Shown: piece after piece, positions 1 through 13,068 of the stretch
How positions within the stretch are numbered: position 1 is the stretch's first letter
Layout: each line of letters begins with the position of its first letter
Assembly (NCBI RefSeq): GCF_001194135.2
Contig: NC_068988.1
Span: 90,487,106-90,524,853 of the forward strand
DNA length: 37,748 bases
Reading direction: 5' to 3'
Source of the DNA: Octopus bimaculoides
Lineage: Eukaryota
Notes under the pieces: model-generated
The model's input: the letters and a program-made list of their open reading frames with translations, nothing else
Databases searched by the model: none
Told to the model about the DNA's origin: nothing
Translations under genes and position numbers: made by a program

Positions 1-511
1 TATATATATATGTAAATATTCATATATATGTGTGTGTGTATGTATGTACGTATGTATGTACGTACGTATGTATGTATGTACGTATGTATGTATGTATGTA
101 TGTATGTATGTGCATAAATATAGAAAGATGTATATCGGAATATGATATGTATTAATATTTATATCACTTTACAAAAATGTAAATATATTGGTTTTTGAAT
201 ATATATAAATATACATAACCGCCACACACACACATACACGTGTATGCGTGCGTGTGTGTGTGTGTTTGTGTGTGTGTGTATGTGTAAAAATAAATATAAG
301 AAGCAAACAGCATGATATGAAGAATGATGTACGATTAAGTTTGACAGAACACGTTAATTATTGCTGATAACCTGTCAAATATATCTCAACCTCATCTCTT
401 TCCCTATCTCCCAATCTATCTGTCTTCTGTATGTTTGTATGTATGTATGTATGTATGTATGTATGTATGTATGTGCTGTTTGTGTGTGTGTGTGTGTGTA
501 TNNNNNNNNNN

Positions 512-585
<74 letters not shown>

Positions 586-705
586 GTTCTGATATATAGT
601 CATATTATATTTAATTTGTTCTTTCATACTCAAATATTTTTTCATGGTTTAATATTTCTTTATAACCACGGCAGATAGATTAGAGATGAATATATAGACA
701 CGTAC

Positions 706-771
<66 letters not shown>

Positions 772-840
772 TGATAGATGGATAGATAGATAGATAGATA
801 GATAGATATATAGATAGATTGATAGATGGATAGATAGATG
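1..840. repeat. Microsatellite cluster (TA, TG, TATG, AGAT)
   Basis: Read directly at about 1-112, 223-285, 430-580 and 707-838. Confidence 0.95.
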
Positions 841-904
841 GGAGGTTTGGAGTATAAGGAAGGAGTTAATGAAAGATGCATGCATAAATATATACATATA
901 TCAG

Positions 905-1102
905 AGTTGGTGCTGAAAAGTTCCTTGCATTGGTGAAAAGAAAATACAGAAGGATCAATTAATTATGATTTTATTCAACATATTCCCCTCTCAGATGTAC
1001 ACAGTTACTGCACCGGTCCTTTTAAGCCCTGTAACAGAACTCGGAAGGCTAGACCTTCAACCAGACCTTTTGCGATACTTTTAAAACCAGGAACTTTTCA
1101 TC
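905..1102 (-). mobile_element. Tc1/mariner-derived MITE, right end lost in N gap
   Basis: Inverted termini: GCTGAAAAGTTCCT near 912-925 and AGGAACTTTTCATC at 1089-1102 (13/14 match). Minus strand 994-971 reads LRGEYVE*, resembling the mariner transposase C-terminus (G.YVE*). Confidence 0.7.
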
Positions 1103-1605
1103 NNNNNNNNNNNNNNNNNNNNNNNNNNNNNNNNNNNNNNNNNNNNNNNNNNNNNNNNNNNNNNNNNNNNNNNNNNNNNNNNNNNNNNNNNNNNNNNNNN
1201 NNNNNNNNNNNNNNNNNNNNNNNNNNNNNNNNNNNNNNNNNNNNNNNNNNNNNNNNNNNNNNNNNNNNNNNNNNNNNNNNNNNNNNNNNNNNNNNNNNNN
1301 NNNNNNNNNNNNNNNNNNNNNNNNNNNNNNNNNNNNNNNNNNNNNNNNNNNNNNNNNNNNNNNNNNNNNNNNNNNNNNNNNNNNNNNNNNNNNNNNNNNN
1401 NNNNNNNNNNNATATATATAGTGTTCAGGGAGAATAATTCTGTGTTAATGTGTTAATACCTTATTAACACACTCACCGGTTCGATTTCCACTCTATTACT
1501 TAAATATATTGTCTAAAATTTTAGGTGCTTCTTGCAACCTCTTCGATAGTGCGTGTCTGGATATGTATATGTACATTCATGCACACAGATACATACATAG
1601 TAGTG

Positions 1606-1805
1606 ATTTCAAATTTTGGAACAAGGCCAGCAGTTTCGGCGAAGGTGATATGTCGATTAGAACGCCCCCAGTGTTCAACTGGTACTTTTTTTATCGACTC
1701 CGAAATAGTTAAAGCAAAGTGTACCTTCCTGGCATTTAAACCCAGAACATAAAGACAGACGAAATGCCGCAAAGCATTTTTGCCTAAGGATTCTACCAGC
1801 TCCCC
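1606..1805 (-). mobile_element. tRNA-head SINE family A, degenerate copy
   Basis: Colinear with better copies at 18010-18248 and 34100-34322 (AAAGACAGACGAAAT...GCATTT, CTGGTACTT...TATCGAC). The head is partly deleted. Confidence 0.75.
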
Positions 1806-2088
1806 ATAAATACATACATAATACTAAATAGGTTTCCACTGGCTTCGACTGTTCCATTTGTTCTGTGAATTGAACTCCCTCTGCATTGAATCATAGTGTA
1901 ACAAACTGTATATTCCGCAGGCACTCGTTCCGCTAACGCAATCGTCTTGCACGATGATAGTGACACAAACACACACATAAACTGATATTCGAACATGTAC
2001 GAGGTGAGGTAGAAAGTAATTCAATATTTATTAAAATTACTTTTTGATTGACTTCTGTATATACGAAAACAGATGCACTAACATATGC

Positions 2089-2155
<67 letters not shown>

Positions 2156-2886
2156 TGTATATGTGTATATTTACATTAAATAAACAGAAAGTCTATTGTA
2201 TTTTATGCAGATATTAATACTTTCCATCAGGTATGTATATAAATATAGTTGGACGATTATAATGTATAAAATGATAAAATATTTAATAAATATTTATTAA
2301 ATAGGTTAATGCAGTTGTAGGTATGTGGACATTTACCCCAACTGATATNNNNNNNNNNNNNNNNNNNNNNNNNNNNNNNNNNNNNNNNNNNNNNNNNNNN
2401 NNNNNNNNNNNNNNNNNNNNNNNNNNNNNNNNNNNNNNNNNNNNNNNNNNNNNNNNNNNNNNNNNNNNNNNNNNNNNNNNNNNNNNNNNNNNNNNNNNNN
2501 NNNNNNNNNNNNNNNNNNNNNNNNNNNNNNNNNNNNNNNNNNNNNNNNNNNNNNNNNNNNNNNNNNNNNNNNNNNNNNNNNNNNNNNNNNNNNNNNNNNN
2601 NNNNNNNNNNNNNNNNNNNNNNNNNNNNNNNNNNNNNNNNNNNNNNNNNNNNNNNNNNNNNNNNNNNNNNNNNNNNNNNNNNNNNNNNNNNNNNNNNNNN
2701 NNNNNNNNNNNNNNNNNNNNNNNNNNNNNNNNNNNNNNNNNNNNNNNNNNNNNNNNNNNNNNNNNNNNNNNNNNNNNNNNNNNNNNNNNNNNNNNNNNNN
2801 NNNNNNNNNNNNNNNNNNNNNNNNNNNNNNNNNNNNNNNNNNNNNNNNNNNNNNNNNNNNNNNNNNNNNNNNNNNNNNNNNNNNNN

Positions 2887-2917
<31 letters not shown>

Positions 2918-4384
2918 CGTGTACACAGTTTCATAATCCCAAAATGCAGCGTAGCGTGTCAATATTTAATGAGCTGAAGTAGCTGCCAACAAATCACTAT
3001 TTATGCAAATTGGAGTTTCGTGTTTATTGAGCTACTTATTTGCAGTAATTCTAAATATAGCTACATTACATTATAAGTTACATTACATTTCTTTATGGAA
3101 ACACAAAGATGAGAAAGAGAAACCTGATTAAAAATAACATCGACAATTGAAACCAATCGAACTAATCTCCTTTATCGAATATGCTGAGAAATTTGGAACA
3201 AGCTATTTGTTTAAGTCTGTCCACTACTGTCGACTTCACGCTACAGTAAACGCAAAATGCTTGCCCTGGATGGTAAGGTAGATGTTATAATCATACTGCT
3301 TGATAGAGTATACTTTGATAAGTATACTCTATAGGTTATATATTATATACCTTATCCCTTATTCCTTTTAGCTATTCCTTATTCATATTTTTGCGCAGCA
3401 GATCCACTGGATTATTGAAATCCTGTATAAAATATATAAATAGCTGTATGGTATATTTTTCTGTATTTAAAAGAAGATAACTGCATGACCTTTATGTATA
3501 GTCAAAAATTAATGTGGGCATCTCGACGTAATATACACAGTATAGGCAACATCTAGTTGTCATTAACTGTGACTATATGTGCTACAACATATATATTGCT
3601 AGAATTAAGAGGTAAGCCACTTATAGTTGCGTAAAATCACATGTGTATGCACTGACAGGGTAGATAACTGCCAGTGATCTAGCTTTGCTTCGCTCAAGGG
3701 GTGAGCAGGCTGTGTGCATAAATGTGCTCTCACACAGCTAAGTACAGTATGAAAGGTAAATTAACTGCAGTACTGCAGTATCTGTCCGAAGATAGGATTT
3801 TTTATGGATATGCATTGTTTAAAAACACAACATATAGTCCAAGAAGCAGTTAGTGAAAACATCACATGCATATCTGTTTCATTGGGCGTTGCGAATAGCG
3901 CGTACTCACAGGCAACCGCGTAGTTGGACGAAACTTGTTGCCACTGCTATATAGGGAATCAGTGAATAAACTGTCGCTGCTGTTGTGAATAAAAATCAGT
4001 GATATGCAACAGAAGCAGTACTGGATTAAAATAGCCATCTCAGTATCATACTGAATATAAATACACCGTGTAAGGCAAATTTACTGAGGTATTGATCCGG
4101 AGATAATATCTCTGATGGACGTACTACTACTTTCTCTCACTCACTTACCCTCTCGCTTTCTTTCTTCCTCTCGCTTACTCCTTGTCCCTTTCTGTCTCCA
4201 TCTCTTCTCTTCGTTTACCGTTTCTTAATTCCTTTCAATACTTGAAGAGATTTTCTTGCTTTGAGGCATTGGTTCCTCTCTATCATCTATGTCCAATTCT
4301 AAATTCTTTCTCAATCATTCCTGTCTCTGACTTAACCCTCTCACATTATCTCTCCCTTTCTCTTTCTCTTTCTCTCTTTCTCCC

Positions 4385-4390
4385 GCTCCC

Positions 4391-4443
<53 letters not shown>

Positions 4444-4745
4444 TCTCTGCTTTTCTTTCCCCCTCCAAATCATACCCACATCGTTTCGCTCCTCCACTTC
4501 AGTTACCCCGCCATGTAATTTATCCACAAATCAAACCACATTTGTCTCTCCCTTCCTCTCTCTACTTCTCTTATTCACTCGCAGACTCAGGGACAGAGAA
4601 TGAGATATAGATACATAGATAGAAAGATAGATAGATAGATAGATACATACATACATACATACATACATACATACATACATACATACATACATACATACAT
4701 ACATAGAGGGATAGAGAACGATCTAGCGAGAAAGAGAGAGACAGA
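4385..4745. repeat. (CT)n and (AGAT)n/(ACAT)n microsatellites
   Basis: Read directly. Confidence 0.95.
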
Positions 4746-5014
4746 AAGAGAGTGAGAAAAACCGATTGCATTTGGACAGCTATTTTCGTGATAAGGTTAC
4801 TCAATAATATAAATTTAGAAAGACTAAATTATTTGGCCGGTAGATACACTGATAAAACTGTGGTAGACAAAGGGAGAATTATGAAACAGTTGCTTTACTC
4901 CATAGACTAATTGGACTTATTGACTTTCTTGTCCATAAAATGTACAAAAGATAATTTTTGCCTGCACAGAATATCGCTAGACGGATTGCTAGAGCATAAA
5001 CCGTTATTTTCTTC

Positions 5015-5432
5015 ATAATTCTTTTTTTAATATAGGTACACGGCCTGAAATTTTGGGGGAGAAGGCTGGTCGATTTCATAATGCTCGACTGGTACCTACA
5101 TTATCGACCAGAAAATAATAAAGGGCAAAATCGACATCGGCGGAATTTGAACTCAGAATTTAAAACCGAATAAAATGTTTCTAAGCATTTTGTTCGATGT
5201 GCTAACGATTCCTCCAGCCCGCCGCCTTTATACAAGCTTTATAACCCTTTTTAACATATGCCCAAAGCCTGAAATTATAGGGGAGATGGCTAGTCGTTCA
5301 CATCGACCCAGTACACAACTGGTACTTATTTTATCACCTCGATAGCATGATTGGCAAAGTCGACCATGGTGGAATTTAAACTTAGAACGTTAAAACCGGA
5401 AGAAATAACTGCTAAACATTTTGTACGGCATA
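5015..5432 (-). mobile_element. Two tandem SINE family A copies (5015-5228, 5245-5432)
   Basis: GGCGGAATTTGAACTCAGAA / GGTGGAATTTAAACTTAGAA (reverse B-box region) and CTGGTACTTATTTTATC occur twice in the same orientation. Confidence 0.85.
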
Positions 5433-5434
5433 GT

Positions 5435-5529
<95 letters not shown>

Positions 5530-5544
5530 TACTCGTATATATAT

Positions 5545-5700
5545 ACAACGGACGTCTTTCAGTTTCTGTCTAGCAAATCCACGAACATGACTTTGGTCGG
5601 CCGGGACTATAGTAGAAGACGTTGGCCAAAGGTCCCGCTCAGTGGCATTGAACCCACGTCTACATGTTTGGGAAGTAAGCATCTTAAGCACACGATTAAC
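5545..5700 (-). mobile_element. tRNA-head SINE family B, 5' part
   Basis: CTTTCAGTTTCTGTCTAGCAAATCCAC...CTATAGTAGAAGAC...CAGTGGCATTGAACCC...GGGAAGTAAGCATCTTA matches the 29885-30052 copy. Confidence 0.8.
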
Positions 5701-5849
5701 TTGACTAAGTATGTATGTATTATCTGTCGTACATAGACACCCAAACAAACGTTATAACATGGACTTATGTGCAAGGTGAGAGTTCCTGATATACATAAAT
5801 ATATATATGCAATATCTTATGGGAAGAAATATATATGCTTATAAATATA

Positions 5850-6135
5850 TAAATTGGTTTCAAATTTTGACACAGGTGCAGAAATTTGCGGGAAAAGAGT
5901 AAGTCGATTAAATCGACTTCAGAGCTCAAATAGTACTTATTTTATAGGCCCCCAAATAGACAAAAGGCAAAGTTAACCAGGGCGGCATTTGAGCTCGAAC
6001 GTAAAGTTGGACAAAATTCTGCTAAGGATTTTTTCAGGCACGGTAACGATACAGCCAGCTCTCCGCCATATTCTGTTATAAGAATTTATTTCAAAATTTG
6101 GCACAAGGCCAACTACTTCGGGGGACGGCGTAATC
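5850..6135 (-). mobile_element. SINE family A copy (5850-6068) plus a 3' tail fragment (6085-6135)
   Basis: TTTCAAATTTTGACACAGG tail, GGCGGCATTTGAGCTC and CCAGCTCTCCGCC head. A second TTTCAAAATTTGGCACAAGGCC tail follows. Confidence 0.75.
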
Positions 6136-6164
6136 TATATTTTTTTAACAAGATAAAATATCCT

Positions 6165-6570
6165 TTTTTATATTCTTTTACTCTTTTACTTGTTGTTTTA
6201 GTTATTGACTGCAGATACGCTAGGGGACCTCCTTGAAGGGTTTCGTTGAACATATTCACCCTAATACTTATTCTTTTTAAGTCTGGTACTTATTGTATCG
6301 GTCTCTTTTGCCAAACCGCTAAGTTATGTGGGCATAAGGAAACCAAAATCTGATGTGTATCAATATGAAGAGCGAACATAATAACAAGCACCCACTCACT
6401 CACGCACGCACACAAATATCAATATACATGTATACAAGACAGGCTTCTATACAGTTTCCGTCTACCAGATTCACTCACTCGGCATTGGTCGACCCCAGGC
6501 TATAGTGGAAGATACTTGACCTGCTCAAGGCCCCGTGTGGTGGGACTGAATTGAACTGGGAACCATGGCT
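6165..6570 (-). mobile_element. SINE family B, near full length and degenerate
   Basis: 3' module (CTTTTACTTGTT...GGTACTTATTGTATCGGTCTCTTTTGCCAAACCGCTAAGTTA), a CA-rich spacer and the head (CAGTTTCCGTCTACCAGATTCACTCAC...GGGACTGAA) are in the same order as at 29663-30052. Confidence 0.8.
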
Positions 6571-7388
6571 TAGTGTTTATTGATTTTTGGATGATTGAAA
6601 TTTAAAATACAATCGAAACAAAATTGTCTTGTTTTGTTTTATTGGCGGGGTTTTTTTAGGCGTAGTTTCGGAGGTATAAAAAGTTATTTTGAATCCATCA
6701 GATTCTAGTGAGACTCGAACCTGTTGGTCCTTCGTGAGCAAGTCTGTGTGAGTAGTCTTTTACTTCCTAAACTGTTTCATATTATCACTGCACATTTGCA
6801 TACAACATTACAGCAAATCCTGTGTTGTTTCGAATCCTATACATTTGTATTTGAAAATACACACATTTAGTCATACATCTATATATAGGGAAAAAACACT
6901 TAATCCACACATACATAAATACATACATACATATATATATATACATATAAATAAATAAATGTATNNNNNNNNNNNNNNNNNNNNNNNNNNNNNNNNNNNN
7001 NNNNNNNNNNNNNNNNNNNNNNNNNNNNNNNNNNNNNNNNNNNNNNNNNNNNNNNNNNNNNNNNNNNNNNNNNNNNNNNNNNNNNNNNNNNNNNNNNNNN
7101 NNNNNNNNNNNNNNNNNNNNNNNNNNNNNNNNNNNNNNNNNNNNNNNNNNNNNNNNNNNNNNNNNNNNNNNNNNNNNNNNNNNNNNNNNNNNNNNNNNNN
7201 NNNNNNNNNNNNNNNNNNNNNNNNNNNNNNNNNNNNNNNNNNNNNNNNNNNNNNNNNNNNNNNNNNNNNNNNNNNNNNNNNNNNNNNNNNNNNNNNNNNN
7301 NNNNNNNNNNNNNNNNNNNNNNNNNNNNNNNNNNNNNNNNNNNNNNNNNNNNNNNNNNNNNNNNNNNNNNNNNNNNNNNNNNNNNNNN

Positions 7389-7460
<72 letters not shown>

Positions 7461-8869
7461 GTGTATGTAACCTTATATCCCGTTTCATATGCTGATTCAC
7501 AAATAATGGAAGATTCATCTATTGTTAAACATTTCTTCTGCAATGATTTGTATGCTCTAACGTTCAGTTGTTACCATTTCTTTACGCTAAATTTATTGAA
7601 GTCTATCTCCTGTAATGTCTATTAAATTTGAATGAATTCTATATAGATTTACAACCTCTTCAATATACCTCAATTTTTGTTGAACATCGGCGCATATTTA
7701 TTAATATTTTACGCTCTAAACTTATAGCCACATTATTGTAGTCGTTCAGAAAAAGGTAGGAAGCCATATTGATTTTTACCCTCTTCTTATACTTTTCACT
7801 TTCAAGTCACGTTTGTTTTCGTAATTTTTTATGAGGTTAAGCATTTTATATTTTTATTTACCTATTAATGATATTTTATTCATAGTACACCATCTATTCA
7901 AATTGAAATTTAAAAGAAAAATGACTGTATATTATCTGTGTGATATCACATCATTTTAGAAATTATCGTTCGACCAGCAGGTTATTTGATAATAGTTTTT
8001 TTTTTTATATATTTCATATATAGAATTTTGTGCTAATATTAAACACCACCTGTTTCTAAATATTTCTCTGTGTCTGACCCATAAATCACATCAAGAGGAA
8101 ATAATTTTGCGTTTCTTTTTTTTTTTTTTCTTTGTTGTTTCATATTATTTCTTGTATTTATTTAAGACCAACAGTGTTTTGTTGAAACAACTAATTCTGT
8201 CAGACATTATTTTTATTTCGGCAGAATACTTTAATAGTTTGTCTATAAACTATCAAGTTTAACTTTAGTTAAAGGTCGGAATGTATATTCAGTTACGTTA
8301 TTGCTAGAGCTGTGACCAAAATGAAACCAAAGAACTATCTTTGGAGAAAAGTGTACGATAAAGAAGTGGTGACATTATGCTATGAGTTTACAATATTCTA
8401 CTCGTCTCAAAATTCTTCATTTAGTTTGACTGAGCAGTTGGCACTTGACTTAAACGTTTCACAGCTGTACATACTCCGGAAATAACCTTACTGCATCATG
8501 CAATGAGATATTGAGTTCTAAGTTCGTTATTCCTGGTCATAACACAGCAACACCGACAGAATATACCAATAACTAAGATGAAGCGTGTCAGAAATCCTTC
8601 CAGATTCAACGTTTTTCAGAAGCATTTTCAATAGAGAGACCATGTTAGTGTCTGAGAAAACAACCGTAAAACAGTAGCTACCTAACAATACTCTTATCAC
8701 ATGTCTAACTTCGCTAACTGCACACCAATGGCTATAAAATACGGCAACTTTTTCCTGTCGCATTCTGAACATATATTTTCTAATAAATTCTCTATTATAT
8801 TCTATCCGCAGTCAGTCGTCGCGACTATGGCTGTTCCCGGCTTTGACATACATAATTTGATAAGTTTTT

Positions 8870-9085
8870 TTTTTCCAAACTGGTCGGTTTTTCGCTTGGA
8901 TTTGCTATCTGTTATGATTAATTCCTTTCCATTTCATGATCCTTTTTGAGGTATCTTCGACTCTCAGTCTAGGTTCTCCACGGTTGCTTTCCCCTATGTA
9001 AAGTGGGTAACAAATGATCTGTCCATCCTGTGTACGTGACCCAAACAACGTAAATTTTTATATCAATGAGTATTTCCATCATATT
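8870..9085 (-). mobile_element. RTE-clade LINE, decayed 3' end of ORF
   Basis: Manual minus-strand translation across frameshifts gives LRCLGHVHRMD...GK/NRGEPRLRVEDTSKRIMKWKGI...QAKNRPVW. This matches the RTE C-terminal pattern RLRW.GHV.RM...G.R.RGRP..R.KD...A.DR..W. Confidence 0.75.
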
Positions 9086-10243
9086 TATATAGTGTTGTAT
9101 TTAACATAGGCTACGTCACCCCACAATTTACTAACAAAATACAGTGGGTAGATATGGTAGGTTTACCATAATAGTTATAGGTTAAAGGAGGTGGCAGTAT
9201 GTATAATAAGGTACAATGGCTAGATATGGTGTTGTAAATAGATAAACAGTAGCATAACGAAGTGAACAGCTCTGTGATGAATGACGTAAAGCAGAAATGC
9301 TGTACATCATCACAAACAATATAGAAGTGGAACGTGGAATATGGCGTAGAGAGTTAGTTTCCCAATGTAATCTTGGAGTAATTATGACTGAAGGAACATT
9401 TGTGATGATAATAAGTAAGAATTGGGGGGGGGGAGATAAATCGGAATGATGAGACATAAAGTAATAGGTTTATGGTGTTTGTTCTGCTTCATTAGAACTA
9501 TTCATAAGATACTAGCAAACTAATATGAAGCTTACAAAAGCACAGTTATTAACCCATTCTCACACATTCATATATATATGCATGTATANNNNNNNNNNNN
9601 NNNNNNNNNNNNNNNNNNNNNNNNNNNNNNNNNNNNNNNNNNNNNNNNNNNNNNNNNNNNNNNNNNNNNNNNNNNNNNNNNNNNNNNNNNNNNNNNNNNN
9701 NNNNNNNNNNNNNNNNNNNNNNNNNNNNNNNNNNNNNNNNNNNNNNNNNNNNNNNNNNNNNNNNNNNNNNNNNNNNNNNNNNNNNNNNNNNNNNNNNNNN
9801 NNNNNNNNNNNNNNNNNNNNNNNNNNNNNNNNNNNNNNNNNNNNNNNNNNNNNNNNNNNNNNNNNNNNNNNNNNNNNNNNNNNNNNNNNNNNNNNNNNNN
9901 NNNNNNNNNNNNNNNNNNNNNNNNNNNNNNNNNNNNNNNNNNNNNNNNNNNNNNNNNNNNNNNNNNNNNNNNNNNNNNNNNNNNNNNNNNNNNNNNNNNN
10001 NNNNNNNNNNNNNNNTATATACATATATATATGTATATATATCTACATATATATATACATATATATATATGTATATATATACTTATATAAATATATAAAT
10101 ATTCGCTCGACTATATGTGTGTATATATATATATATACATGTATGTATGTATGTGTGTATATATGTTTATATGTATGTGTATACACAAACACACACACAT
10201 ACAATCAAACACACACAAACATTCACTCATACGCGCACACACA

Positions 10244-10292
<49 letters not shown>

Positions 10293-10544
10293 CGTATGCA
10301 GACGCCAGGACACAATGACATACTAACACAAAGCTATTCAATCAAGCAAAGATAAGGAAACTTTCTAAGCTTTCTACTGCCACGTATGGAAACTAGAATC
10401 AATATTTTCCAAGAATAAGCTCCATTGGCTTGTTATTACGGAAATATAGAAATCATAGAGTACCAAACTAACGGGCATGAAATAGTAAATCTTATCCCTT
10501 TACGTTTTTCAGTTCAAAGACGCTGGTTGCAACTTTCTCCTTCA

Positions 10545-10908
10545 TTTTATCGAGATTGCTGAGTTCAAATTCCACCGAGACCTAATTTCTCTTTCATCTT
10601 TTCGGGATTGATAAAATAAGTTACCTGTTAAGCACTGGGGTAGATGAAAGCGAAAAGCCCTCTCCTCTAAAATTTCAGGTTTTATGCTTATATCAGAAAG
10701 AATTATATTGAGACTGCAGGGCGGCGAGCTGGCAGAAACGTTAGCAGACCGGACAAAATACTTAGCGGCATTTCTTCCAGCTTTACATTTTGAGTTCAAA
10801 TTCCGCCTTGGTTGACTTTGTCTTTCATCCTTCTGGAATCCATTAGATAAGTACCAATTAACCGACGAAATCGACAAGCCTTGTGTCTATAGTAGAGAGA
10901 ATTATACC
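10545..10908 (+). mobile_element. Two tandem SINE family A copies (10545-10710, 10718-10908)
   Basis: The second copy starts GGGCGGCGAGCTGGCAGAAACGTTAG (A-box-like) with GAGTTCAAATTCC (B-box-like). The first copy repeats GAGTTCAAATTCC...CTTTCATCTTTTCGGGATTGATAAAATAAG. Confidence 0.85.
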
Positions 10909-10974
10909 TAGACTGCTAAATTTCCAGGTATTGCAACTGCTCATATGCTAGTTAACGCATAGCTCGGACCCTTG

Positions 10975-11110
10975 CAGGTGTATTACTCCAGGTCAGAGTA
11001 TATCTGTAAACGATAGCGGCTAAGACGTCGTTCCGAACTCCTCACACCCTGGAACTCTCATACCAGAGCCCCACCATCGTGTGCAGTTTAAAGTCATAAC
11101 CAGGACATAC
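10975..11110. repeat. Interspersed repeat fragment (family F)
   Basis: TACTCCAGGTCAGAGT...CCACCATCGTGTGCAGTTTAAAGTCATAACCAGGAC has a degenerate inverted counterpart at 17858-17990 (GGTCCTTGGTCTTTAACCTGCATCTGAT...ACTGAGATCCGGAGTA). Confidence 0.5.
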
Positions 11111-11611
11111 TCTCGGTTGGTGTCTGGGTAAACTGTTAAACCAACGGGAGTGAGGGATACCTAGTTGTTCTCACAGCATCCTTATAGGAAAGAGAGACAC
11201 TCTGATGTAAAAATTGCTGTTTCACGAGATTAATGGGTTGCCCGCTTCGGCCTATATTAGATTATAATCCCAGAAACTCAGAGAGTGGTAGTTGTGCTTC
11301 ACATGTGTTTATCATTTTGGCCCAATGATGTACAGGTGACCTCATTTGTCATTCTGCCTACTGAAAGTCTTATAGGGATGGGAAATTGGCGAAGTGTGCA
11401 GACCTAAGCCATTGGAAGGTCGCAGTAAGTTACAATTTTCGTCTGTCAGCTATGCTTCAAAGTGTGCGGGATTGAATAGTCATCTGAGATCATATGGACA
11501 GAAAGCCAGAAATGTCATTGACAAAGAGGAAGCACAAGGAGACGACAATCATCTCTGTAGATGGAGCCATCACCATATATATATGTCACTGTGTGCGTGC
11601 GAGAATGTATG

Positions 11612-11649
<38 letters not shown>

Positions 11650-11677
11650 TCTGGAGGCTACAAGCATGAGAAAGCGA

Positions 11678-11790
11678 GTGATGTAGTGTTTAGGAAGCCA
11701 GCATCATGATCGTAAGGACTTCGGTTCGATTTCTGACTCGGGCAGTGCATTAGCTTATCCTTAGGCAGCGTACTTACCAGAAACAGCTTG
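11678..11790 (+). mobile_element. Decayed tRNA-derived SINE head
   Basis: A-box-like TGATGTAGTGTTTAG and B-box-like GGTTCGATTTC at tRNA spacing. No intact cloverleaf. Confidence 0.55.
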
Positions 11791-12238
11791 GGGTTTCGCT
11801 CTCTGTGTGGTGGTGTGACATCTAGCTCTAGAAGGATGTCATTCACCCTCACTTATTCATACTTCTCCAGCCAACTGAACTCGGAGGCACGCCACAAGTG
11901 CCAACTTCATGCGTATGTGTATGCATGTGTTTATGTATGTGTGTGTTTATACATGTAAGTATACACGTACGCATGCATATATATATTTATAATTCACGAT
12001 GGCCGGAAGGTATTGGACGATATGTGCAAGAATCTAATGAAATTCTAGCGGTAATATTTAGCAACTCTCAAAGAAAAGAAAGATAATTTCAAGCGATTAA
12101 AGAATGACTTAGATAATTAAATATTCATGATTCGGTGGAAGAATGTCGTCTTTTTAAGCAAGGAAGCTGACAACTACTGATGTGTCTTGGGCTTATTGGA
12201 TCTCGTCAACGAAACAAATTGTTCTGTAGCCTTCTCAG

Positions 12239-12289
<51 letters not shown>

Positions 12290-12769
12290 CATGTGTGCGT
12301 GTGTTTAGGTACGTATATATGTATCTGTATGTTTACATAATGCATATATATATATATATNNNNNNNNNNNNNNNNNNNNNNNNNNNNNNNNNNNNNNNNN
12401 NNNNNNNNNNNNNNNNNNNNNNNNNNNNNNNNNNNNNNNNNNNNNNNNNNNNNNNNNNNNNNNNNNNNNNNNNNNNNNNNNNNNNNNNNNNNNNNNNNNN
12501 NNNNNNNNNNNNNNNNNNNNNNNNNNNNNNNNNNNNNNNNNNNNNNNNNNNNNNNNNNNNNNNNNNNNNNNNNNNNNGTTACAACACGGTCTGGTTTTCA
12601 CGCTTTTTATAATTGTATTTAATTTTTTTATTTTACAATGTCGAAATGTGTTAAACATTAAAAAAATATATTTTGTAATGTTCATAAAGTTCAATTAGCG
12701 CTTTCATACGTTCGCAGTAATCATCAGATTTCAAAAGGTATTAACTGACAATTGAGTCGAATGCTTGGC

Positions 12770-12940
12770 AACTGTAGTAAAATGACTGACTTCTTCCTTT
12801 TATACCTTTTAGGAGGCTCCGATAAGCTGAATTTTTCGATTACGGTTTTGACCAATCAGCATGCAGTTAAACGTCACGGTTTGCTGGGCATACCAATATT
12901 ACTGGCATAGATCCCGCCTTTATCTTAACCAATCAGCTTG
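12770..12940 (-). promoter_or_regulatory. Pol II core-promoter-like motif cluster in the PLE 3' region
   Basis: On the minus strand: TATAAAAG at 12804-12797, Inr-like ACAGTT about 31 nt downstream of the first T, GC box GGCGGG (12918-12913) and two ACCAATCAGC boxes (12851-12860, 12928-12937) in a ~35 bp degenerate direct repeat. Confidence 0.5.
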
Positions 12941-13068
12941 CGGTTAACACGTAATGGTTTTATGAGTGAGCAAACTTAGTTGGTTTCGATATTTTATATT
13001 TCAGTCGGTGGGAATCTTCTGTAATTTGTTTATATTCATATGTTAAATATATTTTTTGATCTACATCA

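Noticed and set aside
1998-2080. TACGAGG... start resembling a mariner left TIR
   Set aside because: No matching right TIR is visible (a gap follows), and the match is too short.
3000-3300. Octamer motif as an snRNA distal element
   Set aside because: No U1/U2/U4/U5/U6-like sequence follows.
6690-6760. Reverse B-box (GGTTCGAGTC) suggesting a tRNA
   Set aside because: No cloverleaf or A-box at proper spacing. At most a decayed SINE head.
8200-8772. Short open frames (MKPKNYLWRKVYDK..., MFRMRQEKV...)
   Set aside because: No recognisable motif or convincing splice pair. Lengths are within chance expectation.
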